Below are positions 25,637 through 36,100 of a stretch of 64,000 bases of DNA, in pieces (the stretch's first letter is position 1; each line of letters opens with the position of its first letter). Source of the stretch: Planctomycetota bacterium (GTDB lineage: Bacteria > Planctomycetota > Planctomycetia > Planctomycetales > Planctomycetaceae); the NCBI GenBank assembly GCA_018242525.1, contig JAFEBS010000014.1, positions 8,646 to 72,645 on the forward strand. Direction: 5' to 3'. The position numbers were made by a program, and so were the translations under genes. The notes under the pieces were generated by a model. It did no database searches. It was not told the DNA's origin and saw only the letters and a list, made by a program, of their open reading frames with translations.

Positions 25637-26587
25637 TCACCACAGGTTTGTCCGAGGGGAGACTTCGCTGGCCGCCAATTGCTTGTACAGCGCCTGGTCG
25701 GCTTCGCTCAGTTGCTTGGGAACGACAATCTTGATGACGACAAACTGGTCTCCTGTCTGGTTCGTCTGGGGATCCAAGATTCCCTTGCCGCGCAATCGCA
25801 GTTTGACGCCGCTGCTCGTTCCCGGCGGGATTGTCACCACCATCCGGCCTTCGGTCATCGTCGGGACTTCGATCTTGGCCCCCAGCACCGCTTCGGATGG
25901 GGTAATCGGAACATTGATCAGCAGATTGGCCCCATCGCGTCGAAAATAGGCGTGCGGTTCGATTTCGATGGTCAGATACAAATCACCGGGGGTGCCGTTG
26001 TGCGAGGAGGCCGCTCCCTGCCCCGACAATCGCACGACCTGACCATCGCTGACACCGGCCGGAATCTTGACTCCCAGGGTTTCGGCGGCGCCATTTCTTT
26101 CGATCGCGACGTCGACGGAACCGCCCTTAACTGCCGTTTCAAAGGGGATCCGGACAACGGCCTTGAGGTCCGCACCACGCGCCGGTCCGCGTTTGGTTCG
26201 AGTTCGCCCGCCGCCACCGCCGAACAGGTCGCCCAGATCGATGCCTCCCTGCCCGAACAAATCGCCCAGGTCGACCGGAGTACCGCCTCCAAATGGGTTG
26301 AAGCCGCCCCCGCCGCCACCCCCGAACGGATGGCCGCCGCCCGCAGCGCCAGCGCGCGCGGCCTGTTCGTAATTCTTGCCGAACCGGTCGTACAGTTCCC
26401 GTTTCTTTTCATCGCTCAACACTTCGTACGCTTCCTGAACCTGCTTGAACCGTTCTGAAGCTTGTGCGTTTTTGGGGTTGGCGTCGGGATGAAATTCGCG
26501 TGCCAGTTTACGGTACGCTTTTTTGATCTCGTCCTTCGAAGCCCCCTTGGGGACGCCGAGTGTCTGATAGAAATCGTGGTCTGGCAT
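25637..26587 (-). CDS. J-domain co-chaperone, CbpA/DnaJ class II-like (no zinc-finger region)
   Basis: [35 protein letters not shown] domain with HPD. A Gly/Phe-rich linker. C-terminal DnaJ_C-like beta domains. No CxxCxGxG repeats. The ATG at 26587 is preferred over the TTG at 26629. Confidence 0.85.
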   Translation of the reverse strand: MPDHDFYQTLGVPKGASKDEIKKAYRKLAREFHPDANPKNAQASERFKQVQEAYEVLSDEKKRELYDRFGKNYEQAARAGAAGGGHPFGGGGGGGFNPFGGGTPVDLGDLFGQGGIDLGDLFGGGGGRTRTKRGPARGADLKAVVRIPFETAVKGGSVDVAIERNGAAETLGVKIPAGVSDGQVVRLSGQGAASSHNGTPGDLYLTIEIEPHAYFRRDGANLLINVPITPSEAVLGAKIEVPTMTEGRMVVTIPPGTSSGVKLRLRGKGILDPQTNQTGDQFVVIKIVVPKQLSEADQALYKQLAASEVSPRTNLW

Positions 26588-26928
26588 GGAGTTTTCTGAT
26601 CGGAAAGGCTTGGAGGGAATGTCCGCCAATTCTATGGCGACTGCTGGCCGGGAACAAGCGGATGTCGAGGCGAATGGATGGGCTTGAAGTCTTTCACGTG
26701 TGATAATCGCAATTTGCTCTCTTGTTCCGATGAGCGATCAACGGGAGCGGCAGCTCGAATTGGGTTGAGGGCACTGCCCTCATTCGGTTCGTTGCTAATC
26801 GGAAACGGAGATTGATACCATCCGCTGGTTCGGAAAACAGGGTGAAAAGGCATAGCGGCAGCGTGGCCACCAGACCATCCCTTGCCGTTGGCTCAGGGTG
26901 CAGTTCAGCAACAACAGGAACATCCGTC

Positions 26929-27693
26929 ATGTCTTCAGGTCAAATTCAGCGATTGACAACTCTGGCTCGCAGTCTGATTCTGGCGGGATTGATGTTGGGG
27001 GTTGGAACGCTGGCCATCTGCAAGGAATGGGTGAGCGGCATCGTCTGGCCGGAACCCGCCGTGATTGATCCGGGCCCAGTCGGCGGCCCCCCTTCGGATG
27101 CCGTCGTCTTGTTCGACGGGAAAGACCTGTCCCAATGGGACGGTGGCGACAAATGGGTCGTGGAAAACGGAATTGTCTCCCCGCGCGGCGGTGACATTCG
27201 AACGAAGGATTCGTTTGGCGACTGTCAGTTGCACCTGGAGTGGGCCAGCCCGGAAATGGTGGTTGGCACCAGTCAGCAACGCGGCAATAGCGGTGTGTTC
27301 CTGGGAAATCAGTACGAAGTCCAGATCCTCGATTCTTACGACAACAAGACCTATTTCGATGGACAGGCGGCCGCCCTGTACAAGACCAAGCCTCCGCTGG
27401 TCAATGCGTGTCGCAAACCGGGGGAATGGCAGACGTACGACATCATTTACAACGCCCCCCGCTTCAATGAGCACGGGACGATTGTTAAGCCGGGTTACTT
27501 GACCGTGCTGCACAACGGAGTGCTGGTCCAGAATCACACCGAGATCCTGGGGGAAACCGCCTATGAGTTTCCTCCGATCCTGAAGCCGCACGAGCGGGCG
27601 CCGATCCGACTGCAGTTTCACGGCAACCCGGTCAAGTATCGGAATATCTGGCTGCGTGAAATCCCCGAACCGGATCCCGTCCGTCCCGAATAG
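26929..27693 (+). CDS. DUF1080 (3-keto-disaccharide hydrolase-like) domain protein
   Basis: LFDGKDLSQWDGG...WVVENGIV..., GNSGVFLGNQYEVQILDSY, and IRLQFHGNPVKYRNIWLREI at the C terminus. N-terminal anchor. Start at ATG 26929. Confidence 0.85.
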   Translation: MSSGQIQRLTTLARSLILAGLMLGVGTLAICKEWVSGIVWPEPAVIDPGPVGGPPSDAVVLFDGKDLSQWDGGDKWVVENGIVSPRGGDIRTKDSFGDCQLHLEWASPEMVVGTSQQRGNSGVFLGNQYEVQILDSYDNKTYFDGQAAALYKTKPPLVNACRKPGEWQTYDIIYNAPRFNEHGTIVKPGYLTVLHNGVLVQNHTEILGETAYEFPPILKPHERAPIRLQFHGNPVKYRNIWLREIPEPDPVRPE

Positions 27694-27787
27694 TGAGATC
27701 TCCGGTGGCCCGGACAGATCAGGAAATTCGCCAGAAAAATGAACAAACCAGGCCGCTCGCGCGGTATCTTGGCTGGAGTGGCAACTC

Positions 27788-27863
27788 GTGGTAAAAGGGG
27801 GCTGACCCTCGCAGGGCGTACGATTTTCGTATGCCCTCCAAAGGGTCAGACCCCTTTTACCAC
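27788..27863. repeat. 76-nt imperfect palindromic element (GTGGTAAAAGGGG.CTGACCCT ... AGGGTCAG.CCCCTTTTACCAC with a nested inner hairpin)
   Basis: The outer arms match at 21/22 nt. The inner arms AGGGCGTACGA/TCGTATGCCCT match at 10/11. A third partial arm (GACCCCTTTAACCAC) follows at about 27868-27882. Confidence 0.6.
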
Positions 27864-27927
27864 GGCAGACCCCTTTAACCACGGGCTGCTCGACTCTCGA
27901 ACACGTTTCCCTTGTTGGAATCCCGCT

Positions 27928-29274
27928 GTGCCGATCCAGAATTTGCAATTCATCCGGCTGGTCCTGCTCCTGGCGGTTGTCGCCGCGACGCTGTCGCAGG
28001 GAATCAGTCACGCTCAAGCTCGAGTTTCTCCGGTAGTTGTTTCTCCGGTGGCCGAACGAACGACGGCGACAGCCCAGACGTTCGTGGGTACCGTCTTGCC
28101 GGTCAAGAAGAGTGCGGTAGGTTCGGCTGTGGACGGTCGAGTCGTGGAATATCCCATCAACGAAGGGGACCGCGTCACCAAAGGGCAACCGCTGGCCATC
28201 CTGCTGACTGAAACGATCAAACTCTCCATCGTGGCCGCTGAGGGAGAACTGAAGCTGCGAAAGGAAGAACTGGCCGAAATGGTGAACGGCTGGCGCAAGG
28301 AAGAAATCCTGCAATCGGCCGCCCAGATGGAAGTTTCGCGCGCCCGCCGTGACTACGCGATTGCCCGCTTCAAACGTACGGCCTCGCTGGTCGAAAAGGG
28401 ACAATCCGGGACGCTGGATCAGATGGAAGAAGATCGTGCGACGTCAACGGCCGCTGAGCAGCAGTATGAATCGGACCGACTGGCGCTGGAACTGATGAAG
28501 CAGGGGCATCGCCCGGAAAAGATTGAGCAGTCGCGAGCCAAGGTTGCCGAACAGGAGGCGATCGTGGAACAGCTACGCGATCAACTGAAGAAGCATACGA
28601 TGATTGCGCCCTTCGATGGTTACATCGTGGCGGAACGGACGGAGGTCGGTGAATGGGTGACCCGTGGCCAGGTTGTGGCCGAAGTGATTTACCTGGACGA
28701 AGTGGACGTGGAAGCACACGTGCTCGATACGCAAATTGAACATGTGCGGATCGGTGCCCCTGTTCGTGTCGAAATCCCCGCCTTGAAAACCACGGTGTTT
28801 GTAGGCGAGGTCAAGGTCATCACCCCGCAGGCCGACGTTCGGTCTCGGACGTTTCCGGTTAAGGTTCGGATCAAGAATGTCATCCGCGACGATGGTCCGC
28901 TGCTGAAGGCGGGGATGTTGGCTCGAGCCGCATTGCCCACGGGTGAACAGCGACAATCTATTCTAGTTCCCAAGGACGCGATCGTCCTGGGAGGCCAGTC
29001 CCCGATGGTTTGGGTGGTCGTGCCGACTGACGAAGCCGACTTGAAGGGGGTGGATCCCAAGGGACCCCAGCCGTCTGGCAAAGTGCGTCCCGTTCCGGTC
29101 GAAATGGGGGTCGCCGACGGCAACTGGATCGCGATCAATGGCCCGTTGAAAGCCGATCAGCAGGTTGTAGTGGTGGGGAATGAGCGGCTGCAACCGGGAC
29201 AGTTGATCTCGATCATCGAAATCCAGAAGCCACCTGTGACGGAGGCTGTTCTGAAGGGTGACGAAGCCCGGTGA
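27928..29274 (+). CDS. efflux RND periplasmic adaptor (membrane fusion protein, HlyD family)
   Basis: Lipoyl/beta-barrel MFP layout: VGTVLPVKKSAVGSAVDGRVVEYPINEGDRVTKGQPLA, a long coiled-coil hairpin, then MIAPFDGYIVAERTEVGEWV. The GTG 27928 start is proposed so that the upstream palindrome is not translated. The gene sits immediately upstream of the RND pump. Confidence 0.8.
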   Translation: MPIQNLQFIRLVLLLAVVAATLSQGISHAQARVSPVVVSPVAERTTATAQTFVGTVLPVKKSAVGSAVDGRVVEYPINEGDRVTKGQPLAILLTETIKLSIVAAEGELKLRKEELAEMVNGWRKEEILQSAAQMEVSRARRDYAIARFKRTASLVEKGQSGTLDQMEEDRATSTAAEQQYESDRLALELMKQGHRPEKIEQSRAKVAEQEAIVEQLRDQLKKHTMIAPFDGYIVAERTEVGEWVTRGQVVAEVIYLDEVDVEAHVLDTQIEHVRIGAPVRVEIPALKTTVFVGEVKVITPQADVRSRTFPVKVRIKNVIRDDGPLLKAGMLARAALPTGEQRQSILVPKDAIVLGGQSPMVWVVVPTDEADLKGVDPKGPQPSGKVRPVPVEMGVADGNWIAINGPLKADQQVVVVGNERLQPGQLISIIEIQKPPVTEAVLKGDEAR

Positions 29275-29340
29275 CATTGCCGTGGCACCGCCGCGTTGAC
29301 CGCTTTATCTGACGACAGTTTTTCCGATTGAGCCCATCCG

Positions 29341-32300
29341 ATGTCGCTCGTTGAAACGTTTGTGAAGAATCCCGTCAAAGTCACGGTCGCCGTGCTGTTG
29401 ATGTCGCTGTTCGGGATCATTTCCCTGATCTCGATGCCGATGCAATTGACTCCGGAAGTGCAGACTCCGTCGCTGACCATCACGACGACCTGGCCCGGTG
29501 CCAGTCCGCAGGAAATCGAGCAGGAGATTGTCCGCGAGCAGGAAGAAAAGCTGAAGAGCGTGGAAGGGATTACCAAGCTGTCCTCGGAAAGTACCGATTC
29601 CCTGGGGACCATCACGCTTGAGTTCGCGGTCGGAACGGACATGGACGAAGCGCTGTTGAAGGTCAATAGCCACCTGCAGCAGGTGACCTCCTATCCTGAA
29701 AACGCCGATCAACCAGTGATCAGCACCTCGAACTCCGCCAATCAGCCGATTGCCTGGTTTGTGCTGACGGTCAAGCCTCCGACAGACGACGACGTCCGAG
29801 ATTTTCAAGCGAAGCATCCGGAAATCGCCGACAAGTTCAATACCGTCTTGAGCGGTGCCAGCAGCGGAGTAAAGATGTATCGTCTTCGGGAACTGGTGAA
29901 AGAACACCCCGAAGCCGGCAGCCTGCTGCCTCCGCACATTGAAGTCACCAAGTTGCGGCGGTTTGCGGAAGACTACATCGAATCGACGTTTGAGCGGGTT
30001 CCCGGCGTCGCCAACGCCGATGTGATCGGCGGTCTGATCGATGAATTGCAGGTGGTCGTCGATCCCGAGGAACTGGCGGCGCGTCAACTGACGATCTACG
30101 ACATCCGTAATGCGCTGCGAGGCCAGAACAAAGACACTTCGGGGGGCGATTTCTGGGAAGGGAAACGGCGCTGGGTCGTCCGGACACTGAACCAGTTTCG
30201 ATCCAAGGAGCAGGTTGAACGGCAGTTGCTGGCAGTCCGCGACGGCAAGCCCGTCTATGTGTCGGATGTGGCAACCGTGCAGGATGGATTTCGCAAGCCG
30301 GATGGACTCGTTCGGCGGTTCGGATCGGACAGTATCGCGGTTCGGGTCCTGCGCGAGAACAACGCGAACGTGCTGGATGTGATGGAGGGACTGCGGGCCG
30401 CCAATGCCAAGCTCAACGAATCGCTGCTGGCCCGGCGACACCTGGAATTGACCCAGGTCTACGATGAAACCGAGTACATTTATTCCGCCATCAACCTGGT
30501 CCGCGAAAACATCTTCCTGGGCGGTGCCCTGACGATGGTAGTCCTGATGGTGTTCCTGCACCTGAACCGCCGGACGCTGTTGATTGCCCCGCTGATTCTG
30601 GCGACGGGACTGGCGGCGGTGTATGTCAGCCCGTGGTACTTTGCCGCGTGTCTGGCTCTGATCGTTGCTTCTGGATTGTGGTACGCCCGCGGTGCCCTGG
30701 TGATCGGTCTGGCAATTCCCACGTCGATCATCGGGACATTTCTGATCATGGCCCTGCTGGGACGTTCATTGAACGTCATCAGTCTGGCGGGACTGGCGTT
30801 TGCGGTGGGGATGCTGGTCGACAACGCAATCGTGGTGCTGGAAAACATCTTCAGCCGGTGGGAACAGGGGGAAACTCCGCTCGAAGCCACGGTTCGCGGC
30901 ACCCAGGAGGTCTGGGGTGCCATCCTCGCCTCGTCGCTGACGACGGTGGCCGTCTTCCTGCCGGTCATTTTCGTTCAGGAAGAGGCGGGGCAACTGTTTC
31001 GTGATATCGCGCTGGCAATCGCCGGGGCCGTTGGATTGTCGGTAGTCGTCGCCATCGTCGTGATTCCTCCGGCAGCGGCACGAATCCTGGGGCGACGACG
31101 CGATCCGGGCCACGCTGCCGACGGTGCCGGTTCGATTCCGTCCACAAATGGGGCGGGACACGTCATCGTCGGTGGAGCCTCGGCAACAACTGCGAGCACA
31201 GCCACGGGAATTGTGTGGGTGTTCGAGTCGATCGGGACTCTGGCGCTGAACACGGTCACGGCGATCAATCGCCTGATCCAGTCTCACGTTGTGACGCGCC
31301 TGGCGACGGTGGGCCTGTTGATTGGTGCCTGTGTCGCTCTGACGTGGCTCTGGTGGCCCTCGGTCGAATACCTGCCCAACGGAAATCGGAATCTGATCTT
31401 TGCGATCCTGATCCCGCCCCCAGGATACAACATGGACAAGTTGACCGAGATGGGGGAGCAGGTGGAAGCCGATCTGAAGCCGTTCTGGAATGTCGATCCC
31501 GGCAGCCCTGAGGCCAAACAGATGAAGACGCCGCTGATCGCGGACCTGTTTTTCGTCGCACGTGGTAAGGCTGTGTTCATTGGAGCGCGCGCGTCGGACG
31601 CAACCAGAGCCGCCGAGTTGATTCCCATCATCCGTGGTGTCGGGGCGAAGATCCCGGGTACGTTTGCGGTGGTGTTTCAGTCCAGCCTGTTTTCGCAGGG
31701 CCTGACGGCGGGACGATCCATTGACATTGAAATCACCGGGCCCGAACTGACCAAACTGGTTCAATTCGGGGGCCGGATCCTGGGGGGCGACCGTCCGGAC
31801 ATGCCGGTGCAGATTCTGAAGCCCATCGGAGCGTTGATTCCGGGTGCCCAAGCCCGCCCCGTCCCCAGCCTGGATCTTTCCAGTCCGGAACTCCACGTCC
31901 GCCCACTGCTGATTCAATCGGCCGAAATGGGAATGAGTGCCGCGGAACTGGGATACACCGTCGATGCACTGGTCGACGGAGCCTACGCGGGCGACTATTT
32001 CCTGGGAAGCGACAAGATCGACCTGACAATCCGGGGCCGCGATCAATTCAGCCGACAGACACAAGATGTCGCGAATCTTCCAATTGCGACCCCCACCGGC
32101 CAACTGATCCCGTTGGCGGCACTGGCGGATGTGACGCTGGCAAGCGGACCCGAACAGGTGAACCATCGCGAGCGTGAACGAGCGATCACGATCCAGGTGT
32201 CGCCCCCGGCCGAAGTTCCACTCGATGCCGCCATGCGGATCATTCAAACTCAAATCGTTGATCCCCTCAATAAATCGGGGCAACTGGATGGCGGTTACCG

Positions 32301-32970
32301 GATCGTCCTGGCAGGGACTGCAGACAAACTGCGGGAAACGTGGAAGGCTCTGCAGTTCAACGTGATCCTGGCGCTGGTGATCACGTATCTGCTGATGGCG
32401 GCGCTTTACGAATCGTGGGTCTATCCGTTTATCATCATCTTCAGTGTCCCGCTGGGGGCAGTTGGTGGTCTGGGGGGACTGGTGCTGCTGAATGTCTATC
32501 TCAGATTCCTGGGACAACCTCCGCAAATGCTCGACGTACTGACGATGCTGGGGTTTGTGATTCTGATCGGGACCGTGGTGAACAATGCCATCCTGATCGT
32601 CGATCAGGCCCTGCACTTGATCCGGCAGCAGGGGGCCACGGACCGCGCCGCAGTGATCGAAGCGGTCCACTCGCGCATGCGTCCGATGCTGATGACCACG
32701 ATTACCACGGTCCTGGGACTGTTGCCGCTGGTCCTGTTCCCGGGGGCCGGAAGTGAGCTTTATCGGGGTCTGGGTGCGGTCGTCCTGGCAGGCCTGGTCG
32801 TGTCGACCGTCGTCACATTGTTCCTGATCCCGACGATGTTTACCCTGACCCGAGATTTCCAGAGGTTCCTGTGGATCCTGATCTTCGGTCGCCAGGGAGC
32901 CACCCGGGCGCCTGATGGATCGGGCGCGTCAACTCCGTCAGAACCTGAGCCTGCCAGCATGCTGTCGTAG
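29341..32970 (+). CDS. RND efflux transporter permease (AcrB/HAE family)
   Basis: 1209 aa. The N terminus is FVKNPVKVTVAVLLMSLFGIISLISMPMQLTPEV. 12-TM/2-loop architecture with GLAFAVGMLVDNAIVVLENI and GFVILIGTVVNNAILIVD motifs. Confidence 0.95.
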   Translation: MSLVETFVKNPVKVTVAVLLMSLFGIISLISMPMQLTPEVQTPSLTITTTWPGASPQEIEQEIVREQEEKLKSVEGITKLSSESTDSLGTITLEFAVGTDMDEALLKVNSHLQQVTSYPENADQPVISTSNSANQPIAWFVLTVKPPTDDDVRDFQAKHPEIADKFNTVLSGASSGVKMYRLRELVKEHPEAGSLLPPHIEVTKLRRFAEDYIESTFERVPGVANADVIGGLIDELQVVVDPEELAARQLTIYDIRNALRGQNKDTSGGDFWEGKRRWVVRTLNQFRSKEQVERQLLAVRDGKPVYVSDVATVQDGFRKPDGLVRRFGSDSIAVRVLRENNANVLDVMEGLRAANAKLNESLLARRHLELTQVYDETEYIYSAINLVRENIFLGGALTMVVLMVFLHLNRRTLLIAPLILATGLAAVYVSPWYFAACLALIVASGLWYARGALVIGLAIPTSIIGTFLIMALLGRSLNVISLAGLAFAVGMLVDNAIVVLENIFSRWEQGETPLEATVRGTQEVWGAILASSLTTVAVFLPVIFVQEEAGQLFRDIALAIAGAVGLSVVVAIVVIPPAAARILGRRRDPGHAADGAGSIPSTNGAGHVIVGGASATTASTATGIVWVFESIGTLALNTVTAINRLIQSHVVTRLATVGLLIGACVALTWLWWPSVEYLPNGNRNLIFAILIPPPGYNMDKLTEMGEQVEADLKPFWNVDPGSPEAKQMKTPLIADLFFVARGKAVFIGARASDATRAAELIPIIRGVGAKIPGTFAVVFQSSLFSQGLTAGRSIDIEITGPELTKLVQFGGRILGGDRPDMPVQILKPIGALIPGAQARPVPSLDLSSPELHVRPLLIQSAEMGMSAAELGYTVDALVDGAYAGDYFLGSDKIDLTIRGRDQFSRQTQDVANLPIATPTGQLIPLAALADVTLASGPEQVNHRERERAITIQVSPPAEVPLDAAMRIIQTQIVDPLNKSGQLDGGYRIVLAGTADKLRETWKALQFNVILALVITYLLMAALYESWVYPFIIIFSVPLGAVGGLGGLVLLNVYLRFLGQPPQMLDVLTMLGFVILIGTVVNNAILIVDQALHLIRQQGATDRAAVIEAVHSRMRPMLMTTITTVLGLLPLVLFPGAGSELYRGLGAVVLAGLVVSTVVTLFLIPTMFTLTRDFQRFLWILIFGRQGATRAPDGSGASTPSEPEPASMLS

Positions 32971-33168
32971 CGCTGGCGAAATGCCAGACTCCTGTTGACG
33001 GCTGAAACCAGCACGATATTGCCGTCGACCGTTGGACGCGGTTTTACTATATTCCGCGCGCCGGCCGGTGTCGGCCGACAGCGACGAGGGAGCGTCGAGT
33101 GCCTCTTCGTCGCCACTTCGTGCGTTGGCACGTGCCGCGCTGATCAGTCCCTTGTTGGCTGGTGAATC

Positions 33169-36100
33169 ATGGCGAACACAGAATCTGAGTCAATTTCCAC
33201 ATCCCCGGCTTCCTCCGCCGCGACTCCAGCCGTTCCCAAACCACGTCGCCGATGGGGAATGCGGCTACTGATGCTGTTTGTCTGCACCCTGCTGGTCGCA
33301 GTCTGGTTCGCCCCCACGATGATTGCTCAATCGGCGGTGCTGCAGCAGATTCCTAAATTCGTCCTGCCCCAATATCCGGGAACCATCGAGATCGGCTCCG
33401 CGTCGCTCGGCTGGTTGCAACCGGTTGTCGTTCGCAATGTGAAGGCGACGGACGCCGACGGGCATCCGCTGTTCGATTTGAAAGAGTTCTCCACCAGTGA
33501 ACCGTTGTGGAAACTGGCCCTCAGCCAGGCCAATCTCGGTCGACTGACGTTGACGGAACCACAGGTTTCGGTCGATTTGCGCGCCGATGGCTCGAACGTC
33601 GAAGACGTCCTGCAGAAGTTGATGAGTACCCCCAGCAATTCAACCTCGCCAGTGCCGGACCTGGAACTGGAGGTCCTGAACGCCACAATTGCGCTGGACC
33701 ACAAGGCGGCATCCCTCAGCTCAAACATCAAACCCGTCTCGGTCCTGCTGCAACTGCGACGCGGCACCGTTGACGAAGTCGAATTGACCGTCGGTCAAAT
33801 TCCCTCGAAAGAGGAGGCTGCGTTGTCGCCGGGCACGGACTGGCTGGCATTCCACATGGGAAACGAGCCGACGCAGGAAGGTGTCGCCATGTCACCGGGG
33901 TCCAAGCACATCCGGTTGAAGGCCGTCGGCTGGAACATCGACAAGTTCTTGCCAGCCCTGGCCCGGTTTGAACCAAAAGCGGAATTGGCGGGATTGATCG
34001 ATGCCGATGCCCGCAGCCAGATCAATCTGGCGGAGAATCCGGCCAGTTGGACTGAACGGGAATGGAGTTGTGACGGGCGGATCACGCTGAACAAGTTTGT
34101 CCTGGCTGGAATCTCGGCTTTGAAACAGGATCGGGTGACACTGGAAACAACGTCGGTCGCCGGACGTTTGGCCGCTCAGCAGGGCCGGCTGTCGATGCAG
34201 AACGCCCAGCTTCAAACCGAAGTGGGAGAATTGACCGCCACGGGTGACATTCCACTGGCCGGGTTTGCATCCGCCTCGCCTGTTAACACACTGCAATCGA
34301 TACTCGGTGAGCAGGACTATGCCATTCATGGTCATCTCGACCTGCAACGGCTCGGTGCTTTGCTTCCTGGCACATTGCGGATTCGCGAAGGAACGGCGAT
34401 CACGGGTGGTCGAGTCGACGTGAACCTGAAGAGCGAAGAAAAAGTGGCGGGAACTCGCAACTGGACAGCCGAGGCAAAACTGGATCAACTGGCAGCCCGT
34501 AACGACGGACAGGTTGTTGCCTGGAATCAGCCCGTACAGTTGACCATGCAGGCTCACAAGTCAGGCGAAGCGATTGCCGTGGATCAGGTCACCTGCCAAT
34601 CGGACTTCCTGACGGCGTCTGGCAGTGGCACATTGACCGACGCCATATTCCAGGCGTCGGCAGACCTGACGCGTCTGGAAGAGAACCTGCAGCGGTTTGT
34701 GGACCTGGGCCTGGAGAAACTCGCTGGACAGATCAAGATCAACGGTGAAATCCGTCGTGCCGAAGCAGACAGCGTCTCGCTGGACTCCACGATTCAATTG
34801 GACAATTTCCAGATGAACGTGTCGAAAACGTCGGTCTGGCAGGAACAGCACCTGGTCCTGACGGTCAACATGGCCGGAACGACCCTGTCTGAGACGGCCT
34901 TGAAGGGAATCGATACCGCGAAAGTCAAGTTGACGAGCGGTCTGGATTCATTGAATGCCCAACTTCTGCAACCGTTCGATCTGCAATCCAGAACAGCGAC
35001 CGTTCCAGTTAAAGGACGATTGGAAGGCGATCTGCAAACCTGGCAAAACCGTCTGAAGCCGTTCGTGGGAGATATTGGCTGGCAACTGGGCGGGACAACG
35101 GTGATCGAAGCGACAGTGACCACCGACCCGCAGCAGATCGAGATTGTCAATGTGACGGGGGACATCACCGCCCTTGACGCCCGTGGTGCGGGTCTGTGGA
35201 TCCGCGAACCGCAAGTCAAGTTGCAAACCGCCGGGGTCTGGTCGATACCCCGGCGGGAATGGTCTGCACCTGACACAACGTTGACCGGAACGTCCCTTTC
35301 CTGCCGGATTCACGAATTGAATCTGAGCCTGAAGACAAACGGCCAATTGGAAAAGTTGACTGGAGATGCCGCGTATCGCGGTGACCTCGACAAGCTTTCC
35401 AAATGGAAGAACGACGCGTTGGAGATGCCCGCCTATACATTCATGGGAACGTTCGAGGGGCGGGCGCATCTTGCCGAACAGGATTCCGTGATCACCGTCG
35501 ACATGGAATCCACCGTCAAAAAACTTGTCGTCGCCGACCTGGAAAAACTGCCGGATCAACGCCTGCACTGGGTCGCTTTGTGGCGTGAACCCGAACTGCT
35601 GCTGACGGCCAAAGGAGCGTACAACCTGACCAGCGATGGGCTGCAACTGGAGACCGCATCGGCTCAGACGGACGGGCTCACTGTCAAGTTGCAGGGATCG
35701 CTGGCACAGATGTCGACACAGCAGAAAGTCGACCTGCAGGGTGAACTCGGTTATGACTGGGCGATTGTCTCACAACGGTTGGGCGATTCGGTTCGCAATG
35801 CCGTGCAATTGACCGGCAAGCAGAATCGCCCGTTGACGATCAAGGGAACGCTGGCCAGTCTGAGTGCTCCGTCCGGAACGCCCCCGGATTTGAGTGGCAG
35901 CGTTGGGGCCGGTTGGGACTCGGCCATCATCGAAGGTCTGACCGTGGGGAAGGCCGACATTGCCATTCTCATCGACCAGGGAGTCGTCCAGTTTGCCCCC
36001 ATCGACACGACCGTGGCTGAGGGACGGATTCATCTGACTCCGCAAGTTCGACTTGACCAGAATCCCGCGGTGGTACTTCTGCCCCAGGAAAAGGTCCTGG

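Noticed and set aside
24914-26458. 514-aa plus-strand ORF spanning rnpA, the membrane protein and the J-domain gene
   Set aside because: It runs antisense across three independent minus-strand genes, two of which (rnpA and the J-domain protein) are unmistakable. Shadow ORF.
26935-28404. 489-aa minus-strand ORF
   Set aside because: It is antisense to DUF1080 and the efflux adaptor and reads through the palindromic repeat. No motifs.
29305-32670. Minus-strand ORFs 29305..30561 (418 aa) and 30766..32670 (634 aa)
   Set aside because: Both are antisense to the RND permease, which is the strongest family match in the window.
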